A stretch of 64,000 nucleotides of DNA. Origin: the human T2T-CHM13v2.0 reference genome, Homo sapiens. The position numbers and the translations under genes were made by a program. Each line of letters opens with the position of its first letter. Position 1 is the stretch's first letter. The stretch lies in the NCBI RefSeq assembly GCF_009914755.1, contig NC_060925.1. One strand, given 5' to 3'. Of the stretch, positions 25,740 to 43,250 are shown piece after piece. The notes under the pieces were generated by a model. It searched no databases, was not told the origin of the DNA, and was given only the letters and a program-made list of their open reading frames with translations.

Positions 25740-26251
25740 TACTTAAATAGTATTAGATTTTTTAAATGTAATCAACATAGACTTGTTAAAGCTCCGCACA
25801 AGTTGCTTTGGAGAGGCAAGCATGTGGACCTCTTTTCATGGATGCCTCAGCGGTGGCATCTGTAATGTAGCCATTGCAGACACCACTGTTTTTCTTCAAC
25901 AGACAATACTGTCTCCCTTTCGGCTTCTCTGATGGATGTTTCACCACTATTTTACTTAAGCTGTGTTGACAGTAGAAGCAGCAATTACTGTAGTCACAAA
26001 AATCAGGGCCTACCTTTATTACCCGATCATTATGACAATTATCCCCACCCCCCGTTTTCTCTTTGTCCGTGCACACACATTTCCAAGGCATGTATTTTCA
26101 TTACCAGACAGAGAAGGGCCTACAGGTCAATTGCACACACTCCGTACTGATAAAGTAATGTCATTAACTTTTGATTTTTTAAAAAAAGCAAATGACAGTC
26201 CTCTATTCCTGGATTGTGTTTTTCGTCTTAGGTACTCAAGTAAAAACCAAG

Positions 26252-26257
<6 letters not shown>

Positions 26258-26291
<34 letters not shown>

Positions 26292-26315
26292 TCTCTCTCT
26301 CTCATATATATATAT

Positions 26316-26346
<31 letters not shown>
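26258..26346. repeat. Compound (TC)n(TA)n(CA)n microsatellite
   Basis: Read directly. Confidence 0.95.
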
Positions 26347-26347
<1 letters not shown>

Positions 26348-26924
26348 TTAATTTTAATAATGTCAGGCAGTATGTGTTTTGTTTGGAATGCACTTTGCAC
26401 CCATGAGCAAAAGCCAGCACTGTGAATCTAAAACTACCTGGGCCTAATGAGGAAAGGCTTTGAAACCTGGGCATTTTCTAAATGTTCAGGGAGAGAAAAC
26501 AAAGTCACCTCTTCTTAACAAAAACTTTTCTCTTTAGGGGGCTCCAGGGCTGTTAAGAACGATTTGGGCCAGGGACTGGCCAGATTTTTGTTCTTTTGAA
26601 TGGTGTCCCCACTTCCCCTTTCTGGGGACCTCAGTGGACTTCTTTTGCATTTCCTGGCTCTGTTTCACACAATGCTTAGAGCTTCAAATCCCACTTCTCT
26701 GCAGTTACTCCAAGGTTTAAGCTGTGGGAAAGTCACTCAGGCTATGTGGCGGGGGCCAGCTTTGCTTCTGCTGCTGTACTGCTGTGTCAACACACCACTT
26801 CTCTGTGCCTCTGTAAATTGATATAACAACGGCAACAACAAAACCGACTGCCAAGTCAGTATGTGATTTACAAATATGTCCAGAGACCATTCAGTATCAG
26901 TATCAGCCAGCAGATAAAGCACAG

Positions 26925-27115
26925 GGCTTAGAGTCAGAGAGCCTGGGGTCTTATTCCAGCTCTACCACTTTTATCAGTTGTGTGATCCTAGGCAAGTGAC
27001 TTAAACCTTCTGTGTCTCAATTTCCCTATCTGTGAAAAATGGGTCTAAAGTTAGTACTTACTGCAGAGGTTGATGGGGGGATTAAATGATGTGCAAAATG
27101 CCTGGAACAGTGCAT
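26925..27115 (+). mobile_element. MIR
   Basis: MIR core: ggcaagtgacttaaacctt-ctgtgtctcaatttccctatctgtgaaaaatggg. Confidence 0.8.
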
Positions 27116-27743
27116 GGTCCATGGCAAGCCCTGGATTCACATTGGCTTTTATGTTACGTTAGTTCCAGACTTTGCTAAATCAGGCACTTCTAAAACCAGC
27201 CAGTTCTGCTGCTGCTGCTCATGGCCAGGCTTCAGGATCCTTAGGAACAATCTCTGCTGTTTAGCAGTCCTCCACGTCCACCACTCCATGGAAGTAGCTG
27301 TCATCAGAGCTGCCAATGACTTCCCTGTGACCATCTCCAAGAAGTTCTTAGCGCTCTGATCCTTTCTGAGTCATCTGCCACTTTGGATATCACTCCTTGG
27401 CATCTTTTTCTCACTTTGACTCTTAAAGAAATATCCTGTACCTACTGAACTTCTTTCCCTATGTTTTTATTTTATGTGTTTGCTCTCTGCCTCCCCACAT
27501 CCCCAACTCCCTACTCCACACTGGAAGTGTCAGTACTTGGCACATCGTAGATGCTCAATAAATGTTTGTGAACTGATTTGAACTGTGTCGTTGAAGTAGT
27601 TCCTCAACTCTGTCCCTTTGTATCATTTTCTTGATATTTGAGCCCTTGCTGCTCTGCCTGGAATCTCTGCTATGATGAAGCAAACCCTTCAACATCTTCT
27701 CACTTATAGTTCATCTTTTTCTCTTTTTGAGCCTTGAAATTCA

Positions 27744-28068
<325 letters not shown>

Positions 28069-28285
28069 TAAATTAACCTGTCCCAAGTTTCCAATTTTGG
28101 GAGGGAGGTATATTTTTAAGGTCTAAATTTCATTTTATTCAGGAAACAGGAATTAAGCCCCACCACACATCAAAACTACATACTATTATCCTAAAAATAA
28201 CTCCTCTTGAGGCATGTAAGATGCATGTTAACAAGGGAATCATATTCTCTGAGTGGCAGAACCCAACATTTTAATATGCATTTTA

Positions 28286-28448
28286 TGGGTGTGGTGGCAC
28301 ATGCGTGTAGTCCCAGCTACTCAAGAGGCCGAGGTAGGAGGATCACTTGAGCCCAAGAGTTCAAGGCTGCGGTGAACTATGATGGCACCTCTGCACTCTA
28401 GCCTGGGCAACAGAGCAACATGCTGTCTCTTAAAAAATAAAAAATAAA
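28286..28448 (+). mobile_element. Alu right monomer (FRAM or truncated AluJ)
   Basis: Single right-arm consensus with A-rich tail. Confidence 0.9.
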
Positions 28449-28452
28449 GTTG

Positions 28453-28758
<306 letters not shown>

Positions 28759-29032
28759 AAAATTGATTTCTTAAAGACAGTGAAGTATGATAACTGTTGG
28801 TTTGATCTTGCCCTGAAGCCGAATAAAGGTTTGACCTATGAGAATCAAGGACAATTAAAATATTAGCTTATAGCATAAAAAGAGAAGCAGACTTCCCCTT
28901 ACATGCACACACATACACACACTCTCTTTCTGAAGTCAACTATACATAATTTTTAAGACATTACACATTGGATTGTTCCCACTATCACGCGATCTTGTAA
29001 TGATCAGGACTGTCTTCTTTGTTACATGTAGT

Positions 29033-29543
<511 letters not shown>

Positions 29544-30759
29544 GTAAGGACACCAATCCAGTTGAAGTTCATGTATTCATACTGAGTACTCCTGGAAATT
29601 TTCATATTTTAAATTTATATATTGCGCAAGACTTAGTCTTTGATTTTCTAGTTTTTTCTATTTATACTAACACCTCAGAGACCTAATACATTTCATGGCC
29701 TTTGTTTACTGTCTCTATCGTAATGACTTCCAAGTCCCTCTCTTCTCTATTCTTGTGTTGGAGTTCTAATTTTGTACTTCTAAGTACCTGTTGGGTATTT
29801 CCACCTGTGTATCTCATCGCTGGCTCAGCCGACAAACACATCACTGAGCTCACCATCTTCCCCTGCTCTTCGGTTTTCTCTCTTCAATTTTCCTGTCTAT
29901 TAGAGTTCCTGCTAACTCTGTAGTCATTAATGAACCAACCACAAGCTTGTCTCCTTCTTCATCCCCTTATCTGAGGACCTGATTGAGCCTCTGGTCCCAT
30001 GCCCACTGCCATCCCTATTGAAGTCTCACTGCCAGTCCCTCAGCCAAGCATCCTTACTTCTCATCGAGTTCCACATGCAGACTCCTGACTGACTTCTCTG
30101 CATTCCAGCTTCCTTGTGCGATACATTCCTGACCCTCCCCGAATTGATCTTTGTACTGCTTTCATCATTTTCCTCCTCTGCTCCATAATTCCTCCGCACT
30201 TCAACCCAAACTCCTCACCCAGTTTAGAAAGCTCTGCTCACGTGGTTCCTCCCACTGTGGACAATGCATCTCCCAACACATTAACACCCACCAGAGGTGA
30301 TGATTAAGGAGTCCCTTCACTCACGAACTAGACTTGCTGTCTTAGTCTTTTGTGTCTGCTCTTTCTTTCATTCATTTACTCCATTTTTGGGGTAACTACT
30401 CTGTCCCAGGCACAGACACCTTAAATGGTCCTCTATTACCTATTCCAACCCTATACAGCTTTCAAAGCTCAGGTCAACTTCCAATCCATGAAGCCCAGGT
30501 CTCCCTTCTATCACAAGTCTTTTTCCTCTGAACTCCTGGGAAGCTTAGAGACATTGTCAAACATTTAGGACTTAAACATGTGACATGAGATTTCCTGACT
30601 GTGTCACGCATGCTCTCCAGTCTGACTTGTTTGAGTTTCTGCAAAGATCTTTACAGAAGATCTATCTTCTTACCACTCAGCTGCAGCTGGCATCGAGCCC
30701 TGGCTGGACTAGTCATGCTAACCCCTTGGTTATTAATCATCGCCATGATTTTTCATGTG

Positions 30760-30960
30760 TTTACTATAGTATGATCCAGGCGTTGACTATACTGGGCACT
30801 TTATGAGGTTGTTATTATCCTCCGTTTTTTACAGATGAGGAAAGTGAGGCTCAGAGGGGTTAAGTGACTTCTCCAGTTTTACATAGTTTGAAAGTGGCTG
30901 ACTGAGAATTTGAATATAGGTCCGACATAATTCAAATATTGTGCTCTTGACCACTTAACT
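30760..30960 (-). mobile_element. MIR
   Basis: ttttacagatgaggaaagtgaggctcagaggggttaagtgactt is the antisense MIR core. Confidence 0.85.
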
Positions 30961-31819
30961 AAATTAACTCTACTTTCTGATTGATTCACATATGTTGAAA
31001 TCTACTCATTCTCCTCCTAGTGTCATTATGTTTGTTTATTCTCTCCTTTATATTTTTAAGGCCTGCTGGTCTATCCTTTCCAGGATCTACACTTATGCTG
31101 GACCCACTAAGCTGTCCTAGAACATCATAGTAAATGTTCACCAGATATTAATTATTTGAGTGAGAATGGTTGTGAGCATTGGGTACTCCCCCAGCCAGTA
31201 CCCTTCTCTCTTGCAGTAGTATATTTTGTAGATTAAATAAAACTCAAGATAAAAAAAACAAATTAATAAATGATCAATGGAAACAGAAATTTGGAACATA
31301 AAAGTATTATTTCAAAATGAACACATTATATGTAAAAGCTCACAACCAGGAATTTCTTCAGTTGGGTTTGCAGCAATGTTATGTCACTAATACTATATTT
31401 CTCTCTGTATGGCCAAACCTGTAAAGCCTCAATATCTGATTATGGAGCACATCTAGACTGTTAAAAAGCTTTCTATAATATTAATAAAATCAAATAATAA
31501 ATAAAAATTAAATTGACTAATCATAGCAATTTCATTTTGAGAATGTTTTGTAGGCTGAAGGCAAATCCTTGAGATATTTTTGCAGGAGCGTCATTGCGAA
31601 ACAGAATCTGCAGTAGAACTATGTCATCTTCTGGTTCTGAGTGTGCCCTCTCATTGCTGGCAGATGGCAAGTATTTATTTGCTTGCTAGCTCTTTAGTGG
31701 AACTGGTCTTCTGTTTCCACTGTCGCCTCGTGTGACACAAACTGCCACCTATCTCCCAAGGTTCTTTCTTTGTAACAGAACCCTAGTTTTTGGCTGGACT
31801 CATTTCCCCAGTGGTAGAG

Positions 31820-32250
31820 GCTGCTGGCTGGTCATGTCATGAGCCCAGGTCTTCTTCTTGGGCACAACCAGATGCCATTTCTCAGCCTCCCTTGCAGTTA
31901 TATGCAGCTGTGTGTTTGAGTTCTGGCCGTTAGTGAGTGGAAGTGATGTGTCCCTTCTACTCACACTTCTGTAGTCCTGGCCTACAGAAACTCACAATGG
32001 TTCTCTATACTCTTTATCTTTCCACAGCTTAATGCAGTTAAGTAACAAGATCTTGGAAGACAAGTGTTGAAGGTGAAAGAGGCACAAGATAGAAGAAACC
32101 TGGGTCCTTAGATCCTTGCTTGGAGGAAAACCACCTGCCAATCCAGAACATCATTTTGGACTTCATGTGAGTGAGAAGTAATCCTGTATCATGTTTGAGC
32201 CATTAAGCGTATTTTGATTGCTTGTTCTGATAGCTGTAAGTATCTTACTG
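31820..32250 (+). mobile_element. Old MaLR LTR (MLT1I/J/K-like)
   Basis: gccatttctcagcctcccttgcagtta ... gagttctggcc ... ggaagtgatgtgt ... atgtgagtgagaagtaa. Confidence 0.65.
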
Positions 32251-32689
32251 ATGTAGACATCATAAGTGAGAGACCATGTTTCCTCACCTCCCCTGCTAAG
32301 TGTAACCATGTAACTAAATTCTGGCCAATGAGATGTAAGCAGAAGTGTTTTGTGTGACTTTGAAACAGGATGCTTCAAGGAAGCTGATTTGGACGGGATG
32401 GGAAAACTTCTGTTGTCTTTTGTTCCCTTTCTTTTATAGTTCAGCACTCAGACAAAATGTCAGGAATTGCTCTGGCCATCTTGCACTTCTGTGAATGGAA
32501 ACCATTTTCTAAGACAATGGGGTAGGGTGATAGAGAAGACTAGGTTTCTGATGGATGTGGAGCTGTTGGGCCCATCTGGGACTCTTAACCCCATCCACAG
32601 TGCTTTTATATTGGAGGAATCTCTTGTTTAAGCCTCTATTTTATTTCTCATAGAGACACACGTTCTTTCTATAGGAGCAAAAGTGACCA

Positions 32690-33145
32690 TTTTAAGATTT
32701 GAATCAAGTTATGCCACTTCTTGGCTATGAATCCCTTCCTGACTTCCAGTTTACCTTAGAATTGAATTTATATTTCTACCATGGTTTATGAAGCCCTGCT
32801 TGATTTGTCTCCTGCCTACCCCAATGACCCCACCACAATTACACTGGCCTGCCTTCTGTTCTGCTGTAGTGACTGATCATTCACCTCCATGAGGCCCTAC
32901 TGAAGATGTTACCTTTTCAGGGAGGTTCTCTGACCTCCCACCTACAATGGGCTCTCCCAGCTTTCGTCTGTCTCACCACCGTGTTTACTTCCTACATGGC
33001 TCTGATCACAGTCTTTAATCATCTGGTTGATGTATTTATTCATTTGTTTGTCACTATCTCCCCAACTAAAATGTAAGCTCTGTGAGGCAAAGATGGTCTC
33101 CAGTACAACACAGTGCCTGCTGCATAGGAAGCACTCATTACATTA
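32690..33145 (+). mobile_element. L2 3' end
   Basis: ccccaactaaaatgtaagctctgtgaggc ... acagtgcctgctgcataggaagcactca is the typical L2 terminus. Confidence 0.75.
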
Positions 33146-33220
33146 CGAAAAATACAGCAAACATGTATGTACATTTGAATATACATAAACACTAGATGTA
33201 TGTGCATGTGTACACATATA

Positions 33221-33298
33221 TAGTTGACCTGTGACTACTGCAGGAGTTGGGGGCGCTGACCCTCCATGCAGTCGAAAATCTGACTTTTAATATAACTT
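33221..33298 (-). mobile_element. Tigger2/MER8-type terminal fragment
   Basis: Degenerate TIR tagttgacc followed by ggagttgggggcgctgaccctccatgcagtcgaaaatc; no second TIR. Confidence 0.7.
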
Positions 33299-33559
33299 GG
33301 TTTTTGGATTTATAGTGTGTGGATTTCTTTTTAAAAATCTGGCCCTGATTATAAAGAGAGAAAAAGTGGAATTAAATTTAGCCATTATTAAGAATCCAAC
33401 AAATCAAATATAAGTCACAGTGAATACTAAAATTTTGAGGTGAAAAAGAAAATTAGAACTGGAGATAGACATTATAGTGCCGTCCCAGAAAATGGCAGTA
33501 TCTAGCCCATGAGAGAGTTTCTTTCATATTTTTTTCATTACATGTACTAAACATAGTGA

Positions 33560-33889
<330 letters not shown>

Positions 33890-34299
33890 TATCTAAATGA
33901 TTATTTGCTCTCTGTTCAAAAATCACTCAGCCAAATAGAATTTCCTGCTGAAGAAAATTATGGCATAAAAATTTTAAAATTACCCCACCACTTTTTTTTG
34001 TTTGTTTTTTATCTCTGTCAGTTTGTTACCTTTATTCCTGAAAGAAGGACTCAAGACTCATGTGATACTCTAAAATAGATATTAATAGGAAATGTTCCTA
34101 GACAATGTGGGTTTGCAAGAGAAACAAAGAATTTATTGTTGACTTGATTACTAGCTCAAAGTAATCAGAAATTCCATGAAAGACACTGAAAGTTGACCTC
34201 TTTTAAAACTACTTTCAAAAGCGGAGGTTGATTTGTATTTCTTAATCAGCATCTCAGAACAATGTACATTCTTTTTGTATAGTGTCATGGGCATCTGGG

Positions 34300-34745
34300 A
34301 CTTTGGCTTGATCAACATCCACTTCCTCCTGTGATACCAAGACCCTAGTTTTCTTTTAAAGAACCACCCCTCCCTGACTCTCAGTCTTTGTTTTCTGGTG
34401 GGGTTGACTCTTACCCCTAACCCCAGGGGTGGGGCATGTGGTCCAAGTCTGGCCAATGAGAATTTTAACCATGCTGGTGATTCAAGAATGAGTATATGTT
34501 ACATGCTGAGCTTATCAGAACCAACATTGTCAGCCACAGGGGTTATGCTAGAAGTATTGGAAAGGATAAATTCTCTTCTGGGGTTGTTAAACCAATAGAA
34601 AATTAGCCTGGAGCTTCTGGTGGACATCTTGTCAAAAAAATAGTGATTGCCTGCTTGAGAATGAAATCAAGAGAGAAGAAGGCAAAGCTAAAGCCTGGAG
34701 AATATTCCTGAAGACATTTTTCAAGGATCTGGAACCACCCTTGAA
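34300..34745 (+). mobile_element. Old ERVL LTR (LTR16/LTR33-like)
   Basis: ggggcatgtggtccaagtctggccaatgagaa and ctggagcttctggtggacatcttg motifs. Confidence 0.5.
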
Positions 34746-34746
34746 C

Positions 34747-35056
34747 TTTTTTTTTTCTTTTTTTTAGAGACAGGGTCTTGTTCTGTTGCCTAAGCTGGAG
34801 TGCATTGGTGCAATCATGGCTCACTGCAGCCTCAACTCCTAGTCTCAAATGATTCTCCTTCCTCAGCCTCCCAAGTAGCTGGGACTACAGGCATGTGCCA
34901 CTGTGCCCAGTGATTTTTTTTTTTTTTTTTTTTTTTTGTAGAGATGAGGTCATGTTATGTTGCCCAGGCTGGTCTTGAACTCCTGGCCTCAAGTGATCTT
35001 CCCACCTTGGTCTCCCAAAGTAACTGAATTACATGCATGAGCCACTGTGTTTAGCC
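34747..35056 (-). mobile_element. Alu (AluJ-type)
   Basis: Antisense Alu consensus. Confidence 0.95.
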
Positions 35057-36469
35057 TGAGCATTTTCAGGTACATAAACAAATATATTGCCCTTATTTGA
35101 GTTTCATCACTTGAAACTAAGAATCTTGACTATACACTTAATTGGTTACTAAATGAATTAGGATATAAAGATTTTTTTAAATTAGTTTGCTACAAAATTT
35201 TCTGTAATTGGAAGAAAGATGGCCATTCCTCCCCAAAGGAGCTCTTACAACTTGAATTCTTTCATCAGAAAATGCAGTTTCCTTTTGCCTATACACAATC
35301 TAAAGATTTTTTAATATACTTCTTTAGTTGCCTAAATGTTCTTTATATGTTTGTCTTGTCCTTGCAGTTCATATTAGATATTATGTTACCAATGAGCAGG
35401 GACTATGATGAATGTGTCTTTAGAACACCCAATGAAGTGCCACTTGCCACAAGAAGCTAAGTCACAATCTGATGGCCAGAGGAGGCAATCATTCTTCCTA
35501 CAGTTTTGTGCATAAACCTTCCTGCCTCTCTGCTGGGGACCACCTATGGGGAAAGGAAAACTTCTCTCTCATGGCTCTCCTTTCCCAGGAAAACTTTAGC
35601 TCCTGTTGAGACCAACACCTTCCCTGGAGAATGCAGAGTGAAGGGATTAGGCCCATCACAATTTTCCATTCATGATGTTGGGTCAAGCAAGGCATCACAC
35701 AGAATGAATAGAAACAGAAACAGCCCCACATGTGAAGTAGGAGCCATGCTGGAATGAACAAGGGCCACGGTATGGGTGAGTTACACGGTACAGAGCACAG
35801 GGGCTGACTGCTTTGTGCTCTTCCAGGTGGGATCATTACTTGCCAGCCTTCCAGCTGATGCCAGTGGCAACAGCACGACAGGCTGAACTGGATTCTTTAT
35901 GACTATGTATTCATTAGGGGGAAAAAGCACTTCCAATGCAAATGATTGAAATGGAAACAAGATGTGCACTCTGCTGCCTAAATGAAAGCTCTACCAGGTA
36001 GGCCATTCAAACTCAATTAAGAGTAGCAAAACAGGATCTATCAGGACAGTGGCTGTAACCCCTGTCACAGAGAATGGACAGTGAGCGGTCCAAATGGATT
36101 GGGGGGCATGAATGGCACCTGACTTACAGCAGGAGCTCAGCACTTTTACTCTCTTTGCCGCTTCACTGGAACAAGGAGAAAAAGACATTAGGATGAAGGA
36201 TAATGTGTGATACACACATAAAGATGAAAGCGAGAGGGACACATGCAATGTCACTTATTGGAAGGACCACTTTAGGCTGCTCTGTCCTCTCTCCCCTGAA
36301 AACATGTTCCACATTGTTTTAACCATCTGTGGCCCACTCTGGAGCTCAAGGAACCCTGGCCTTTCTGCTTTATTGTGAGCACAGCCATATGAAACTGCAA
36401 TCTGGCAGCTGAAGGGGAAAGTACTTTTACTGTCTCTGCTGAGAAAGGGTTTGGATGAATCGAATCTCC

Positions 36470-36917
36470 TGTTATGCGTGAAATTGTACCCTCTAGAAAG
36501 CTCTGTTGATGACCCAACCCACGGTACCTGTGAATGTGACCTTATTTGAAAATATGGTCTTATAAATGTAATCAAGCAAAGATGAGATGATACTGAATTA
36601 GGGTGGGCCTCCACCAACATGACTGGTGTCCTTATGAGAAGCAAGGAAGAGACATAAGGAGAACATGGTGTGACAATTGAGACAGAGATTGGAGTGATGC
36701 ATCTACAAGCCAAGAAATGTCAAGGGCCGTGAGCCACACCAGAAGCTAAGAGAAAGGCATGGGACTGACCCTCCCCTAGAGCCATCAGAAAGAGCCTGAC
36801 CCTGGCGGCACCTTGCTTTTGGACTTCTAGACTCCAGAATTATGAGAATAAATTTGTGTTGCTTTAAGCCACTCAGTTTGTGGTAATTTGTTATGACAGT
36901 TCTAAGAAACTAATCCA
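36470..36917 (+). mobile_element. MaLR solo LTR (MLT1C-like)
   Basis: TG...CA ends; gaatgtgaccttatttgaaaata, gattggagtgatgcatctacaagccaag, aataaatttgtgttgctttaagccac. Confidence 0.85.
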
Positions 36918-37184
36918 CCCTGCTAAAGAGTAAATGTCTGATGCAAAACTCACTACATGGATGAAAAGGCTGAGATATTCCGAAGAGTCATAATGAACTG
37001 TGCCGTCATCTACAAAGGAAGTGCAGCACTGCAACAACTCAAGATAGATTCTGGAGACGTGGCAGGACAGACGTGCCTACCAGACTAGGAGCACTTTCAG
37101 GACAGCGTCATGCCTTGTTCTCCTCCACATCCCTCCGTGCCTGAAAATCAGAAATGCTCAATTAAATGTTGAAAAAGTCAATAA

Positions 37185-37523
<339 letters not shown>

Positions 37524-39224
37524 ATGATTAACCTTATTTTATGATGTCATGTAAGTCCTTACCACCACCTTCCATGAAGACGTAACTGACAAAGACATCT
37601 GATTTGATGCTTTCATTGGAGAAACCCACCCTTGGCCATTGAAGAGCACAACTTTGGGTTTCTTTGAGATTTAATCTGGTCCTTGGATTCCCAAATGGCA
37701 GACGTGGCCAGTAACAGCTTTTTACAAATCTTCAAATCCCACTGACACTGGGATTCTGCCCCTCAGACGTGGCTGTGGTTTTTTCACTGGCAGGGCAGGA
37801 TATGTTACTCTCCGCTTAACATCGGCCCACTCACAGTGTTAGTTAGCCTGCTGTTTCATACATGAATCCATCTGAAATGCCTCCGAGTCTCCAGGTGAAG
37901 GGTGCTGCCATCAGCAGCAGCCAATAAATGAAATAATACCAAATATAAAATCAGCCACATTGGTCTCCTGGAGGTAAATAGAGCACAGGGGCGTTTCATT
38001 TACTGAAAGGCCAGAATTGCGATACCTGTAAATGTTGAATGTGAATGTGTTTTATAAAGTGTAAAGGGCTGTAAAGAAGTCAGTTATTATGTTTATTATT
38101 GCTCCTGCTCTGTACACTTGATCAAATGACAAACCCAAAGGCTCACCTCTCTGGGCTCCGGTTTCCTTACTCAAATGAGGGAATTATGTTTAATATCCCA
38201 AGCTCCCAACTAAATCTTTTTTTTTTCCTTTGACTCTATGAATCTATCAGCAGGAACTTCCATCCAAATTCCTGAAATGTGGGAATATATTTGATGACGC
38301 TGTTTACATATAATATTAATTTATTTTGCATAAATTTTTCAGAATATGTTTTGTATAACATAGAAGATGAAGGGGGAAAAAGTAAAGTAAGATGGGAAAG
38401 TAGGCCATAAGGAAGGATAAGGAGAAACGCTTAAGAAAATCCACCTATTATAATAATTAAAATTCAGCTTACCTGGAAAGGGGAGGAGAGCATTTATGAT
38501 TAACATGAATGTAGTCTGTGCTCATTGCAAAGTAAATTTTCAGAAAAAAAGGGCAAAATCTGATTATTTTAATCGTCAGATTAAATGCAATTAGAAATCC
38601 CACCTACCTTTTAAAGTAAACAGCAAACTTAGTATTTTACTACATAAAAGAAACAATTGAAATAATCCTAACTTCAGGTTATCGTTGCATATAACAGAAC
38701 ATTATATTTGAAAATGATCCTCATTGAGTTTTTTGGATTCAACAACTTTTTCTGTGGCTAAAAATGTCCCTTGAGTTTCTGAAATCTGCTAGAATGCTGG
38801 GAAGAGCTGTGCAGAAATACCTCCAAAGGGTCAGAAAGTAATTTAGGATTTTTAATTCAATGGAATCAATCTTTCTTGTGTATTTTTACTTACTTTTTTA
38901 GACAATAGGCCAATGATTGTAGGGTTTGTTCTAGCCTTGAAACCAACTCTCTGCAGAGCAATTCCTGTTTCCACAAAGGGTGCATCAGGATGCATGGGAC
39001 CCCCGGATCACAGGCCCCACGTGTGAACGAAGCAACACAGACCATGGATAACAGAGACCTCTCTAGGGTGAGTTCTCTTGAGATGCAGGGCACGATCAAC
39101 AGGACGAACAAGCCTAAAGATGACAAATGGGTATACTGGCATGGGCTGGACGAAAGGAGGCAATAGGGCTAAAAACACAGAACCAAACCTGTCATTTCTC
39201 TCCACAACTTCCTTTTGATCTCAA

Positions 39225-39810
<586 letters not shown>

Positions 39811-39849
39811 GATGCAGAAAAGAATAATTTAAAAAATATTTTGAGAAAT

Positions 39850-40630
<781 letters not shown>

Positions 40631-42852
40631 TATATTTTAGTGTTCTAAGATTTTTCTACAATGACTCTGTATTGCTTTTAATGTCAAAAATCTCAATAAT
40701 TTTGAAGGTTATGGTATTTATATACTTTTTTAAAAAATGACAAATGTTCTCCCTAAATCAGAAATGTGGACACCGTGTTTTGGCTTTAGTGTAGTGAGGT
40801 GGAGTATTATGATTAAATACTGTGTTTTCAAGCATTAATGACTCAAAGAGCAGGTACTTACAGAGCACCTATTATTGCCATCAACCAGTGTTATTGAGCA
40901 CTTACTCAATAAGTGTTGGCCTCTGACTTTACGCCTAAGAGTCAGGAGACCACAAAAAAGCAACAATGTCAGGTCTGCAAGGTGAAGGCAAGAAGCTCAT
41001 GTTCTAGGTACTTGTGACTGTCCTGTAATGCTAAAGAATGAACCATTACCAAAGATTTGGCAAACTCGCCCAAGCTTACTCCTAAGGAGTCTAACCTTTG
41101 CCCAAGTATCTAGGACTCAGGCCCACCTGCTTAGCCTGGTCTCACTGAAGTGTGGAGGCAAAGCATTTGCAGCTTCATCATATTCCATTTTGTCTCATAA
41201 GGAAATTGTGTTAGTCCAAGAGGCTTGGTGTGTTACATGGTTGTACAGCTTAGTGCTTTCTTAGCATTCTGTTTAAGTGCTGACAACTTGATATTTTCAT
41301 CAATGGTTGCTATATTTCTCCAATGTTAGGTTGACAGGCTAATAATTTCAGAAGTCAATTTCTCCCTCTCTCTCTCTTCTCCCAGTTTACATATTTCTAT
41401 TTTCCAATTCCTTTATCTGCATTTTGTAAATACCTCAAAATAGTGGAAGGCAAGGCCTCTAGGATCACTTGGCCCAATCTCCATATAATTGGATCCTTAG
41501 GGCTTGCTATATCTTTAAAGAAATTGAGGTCACCTTTTGTCACCAAGAATTAAGCACCTGTTGTGTGACTGATGGAGATCTGTACACAGAGCACATTGCC
41601 CAGGGCAGGGGTGATTTGGTTACAGGCAGCCTCTCGATGTATGATAAAAGTTGGCATCAGGTTGTAAACATTTTGCTCACTGTAGCAGAAAGCTCTCTGT
41701 GAACGGAGAGCTGTCTAAACAGGGTGGTTGGCCACAGAACCTGCCCAGGGATGCACCTCCTTTCCACATTAGCCCATGGCCTTTCCAGCCCTGAAATCTG
41801 AGTTGCATGTGAGTCACTTAGACAGGCCATCTGTCAATTATTAAGCGACATCAGTGGGCCCAGCAATTCCATTCTGCGTAGTGCAAAGGTCCTCCACACA
41901 TTCCAGGTCTATACCATCAAAGTGGCTATTTTTCTCAACCTATCCCTGCCCTTTAAGAAAATGGGGGTCATTTATTTCCAGGGATCACTATTTACACCCC
42001 ATTGGCAGGTAGTGGAGCCCAGTGGTTAATAAACAACCTTGTTTTAAATCCCATCTCTGTTGTTTGCAAGCTGTGTGTCTTTCAGAAACTTTACTTAAAT
42101 TTCTTGAGCATCAGTTTCCTCACAAGGGTGTGGTCAAGTGATAATCAAGTATTTGTACTTTAACCCTGTACCTGGCTGATAGCAAGCCCTCAGAAAAGAA
42201 TTAACTTAGAGTTTTTATACTTTCCCTCCAGTACAATGTTCCTAACATACAAGGGGCATATGTGTGTATTATGAGTGGGAAGAAGGAAGGAAGGATGCAA
42301 TTGATAAGGCTTGCATTCAACATTGCTGTAGTCAAACCCTCTTTCCTTAGGAAGATCTGGATGTGCCAACATTTCTTATATATCATATGTGGAGGTGACT
42401 TAGGTTTTTCTTTCAGTACTTCATCATTTGAAAGAGCATTTGGTGATAATGAGCAGGTTCTGAAGTCTGTGAACTAAACTAAAAGTAAAAATAAATGGGA
42501 CGGTGAAATTTTGTTTGTGCCTTAAGGGAACTCCCTTTTACCCTCCCACTATGTTGATGATGTCATGTTTGTTCTAACATATCATCTAACAATTCCCTCC
42601 ATTCATTTTTTTTCTCCTTATTTCTTTTCCTTTCAAGTAACAGTATCTTCAACAATCGTTCGGCTGTTCAGAAACTTAAAAATCATGAGACGATTCTTAA
42701 AGGATAGGAACTAACATTGATCACACAGTGTGTAATCCCACATCTATATACTGGCAAATGATGGCACAAACACCATAAAATCTCAGCTTGCTTTGTAGCC
42801 ATTCTGGATTGCTGAGTTCTAGGCAAGTAAGAGCTGGTCCTTCAAAGCACCA

Positions 42853-43175
42853 AAAGAAAGAAAGGAAGGAAGGAAAGAAGGGAGGTGGGCAGAGAGGGAG
42901 GGAAGAAGGAAGGAGAGGGAGGGAGGGAGAGAGAGAGAAAGAAAAAGAAAGAAAGAAAGAAAGAAAGAAAAAAGAAAGAAAGAAAGAAGAAAAAGAAAGA
43001 GAGAAAGAAAGAAAAAGAAAGAAAGAGAAAAAAGAAAGGGGGAGAGAGAAGGAGGGAGGGAGGGAGAAAGGAAGGAAGGAAGGGAAGGAAAGAAAGAAAG
43101 AGAAAGAAAGAGAGGGAGAGTGAGGGAGGAAGGAAGGAAGGAAGGGAGGGAGGGAGGAAAAGAAAGAAAGAAAAG

Positions 43176-43250
<75 letters not shown>

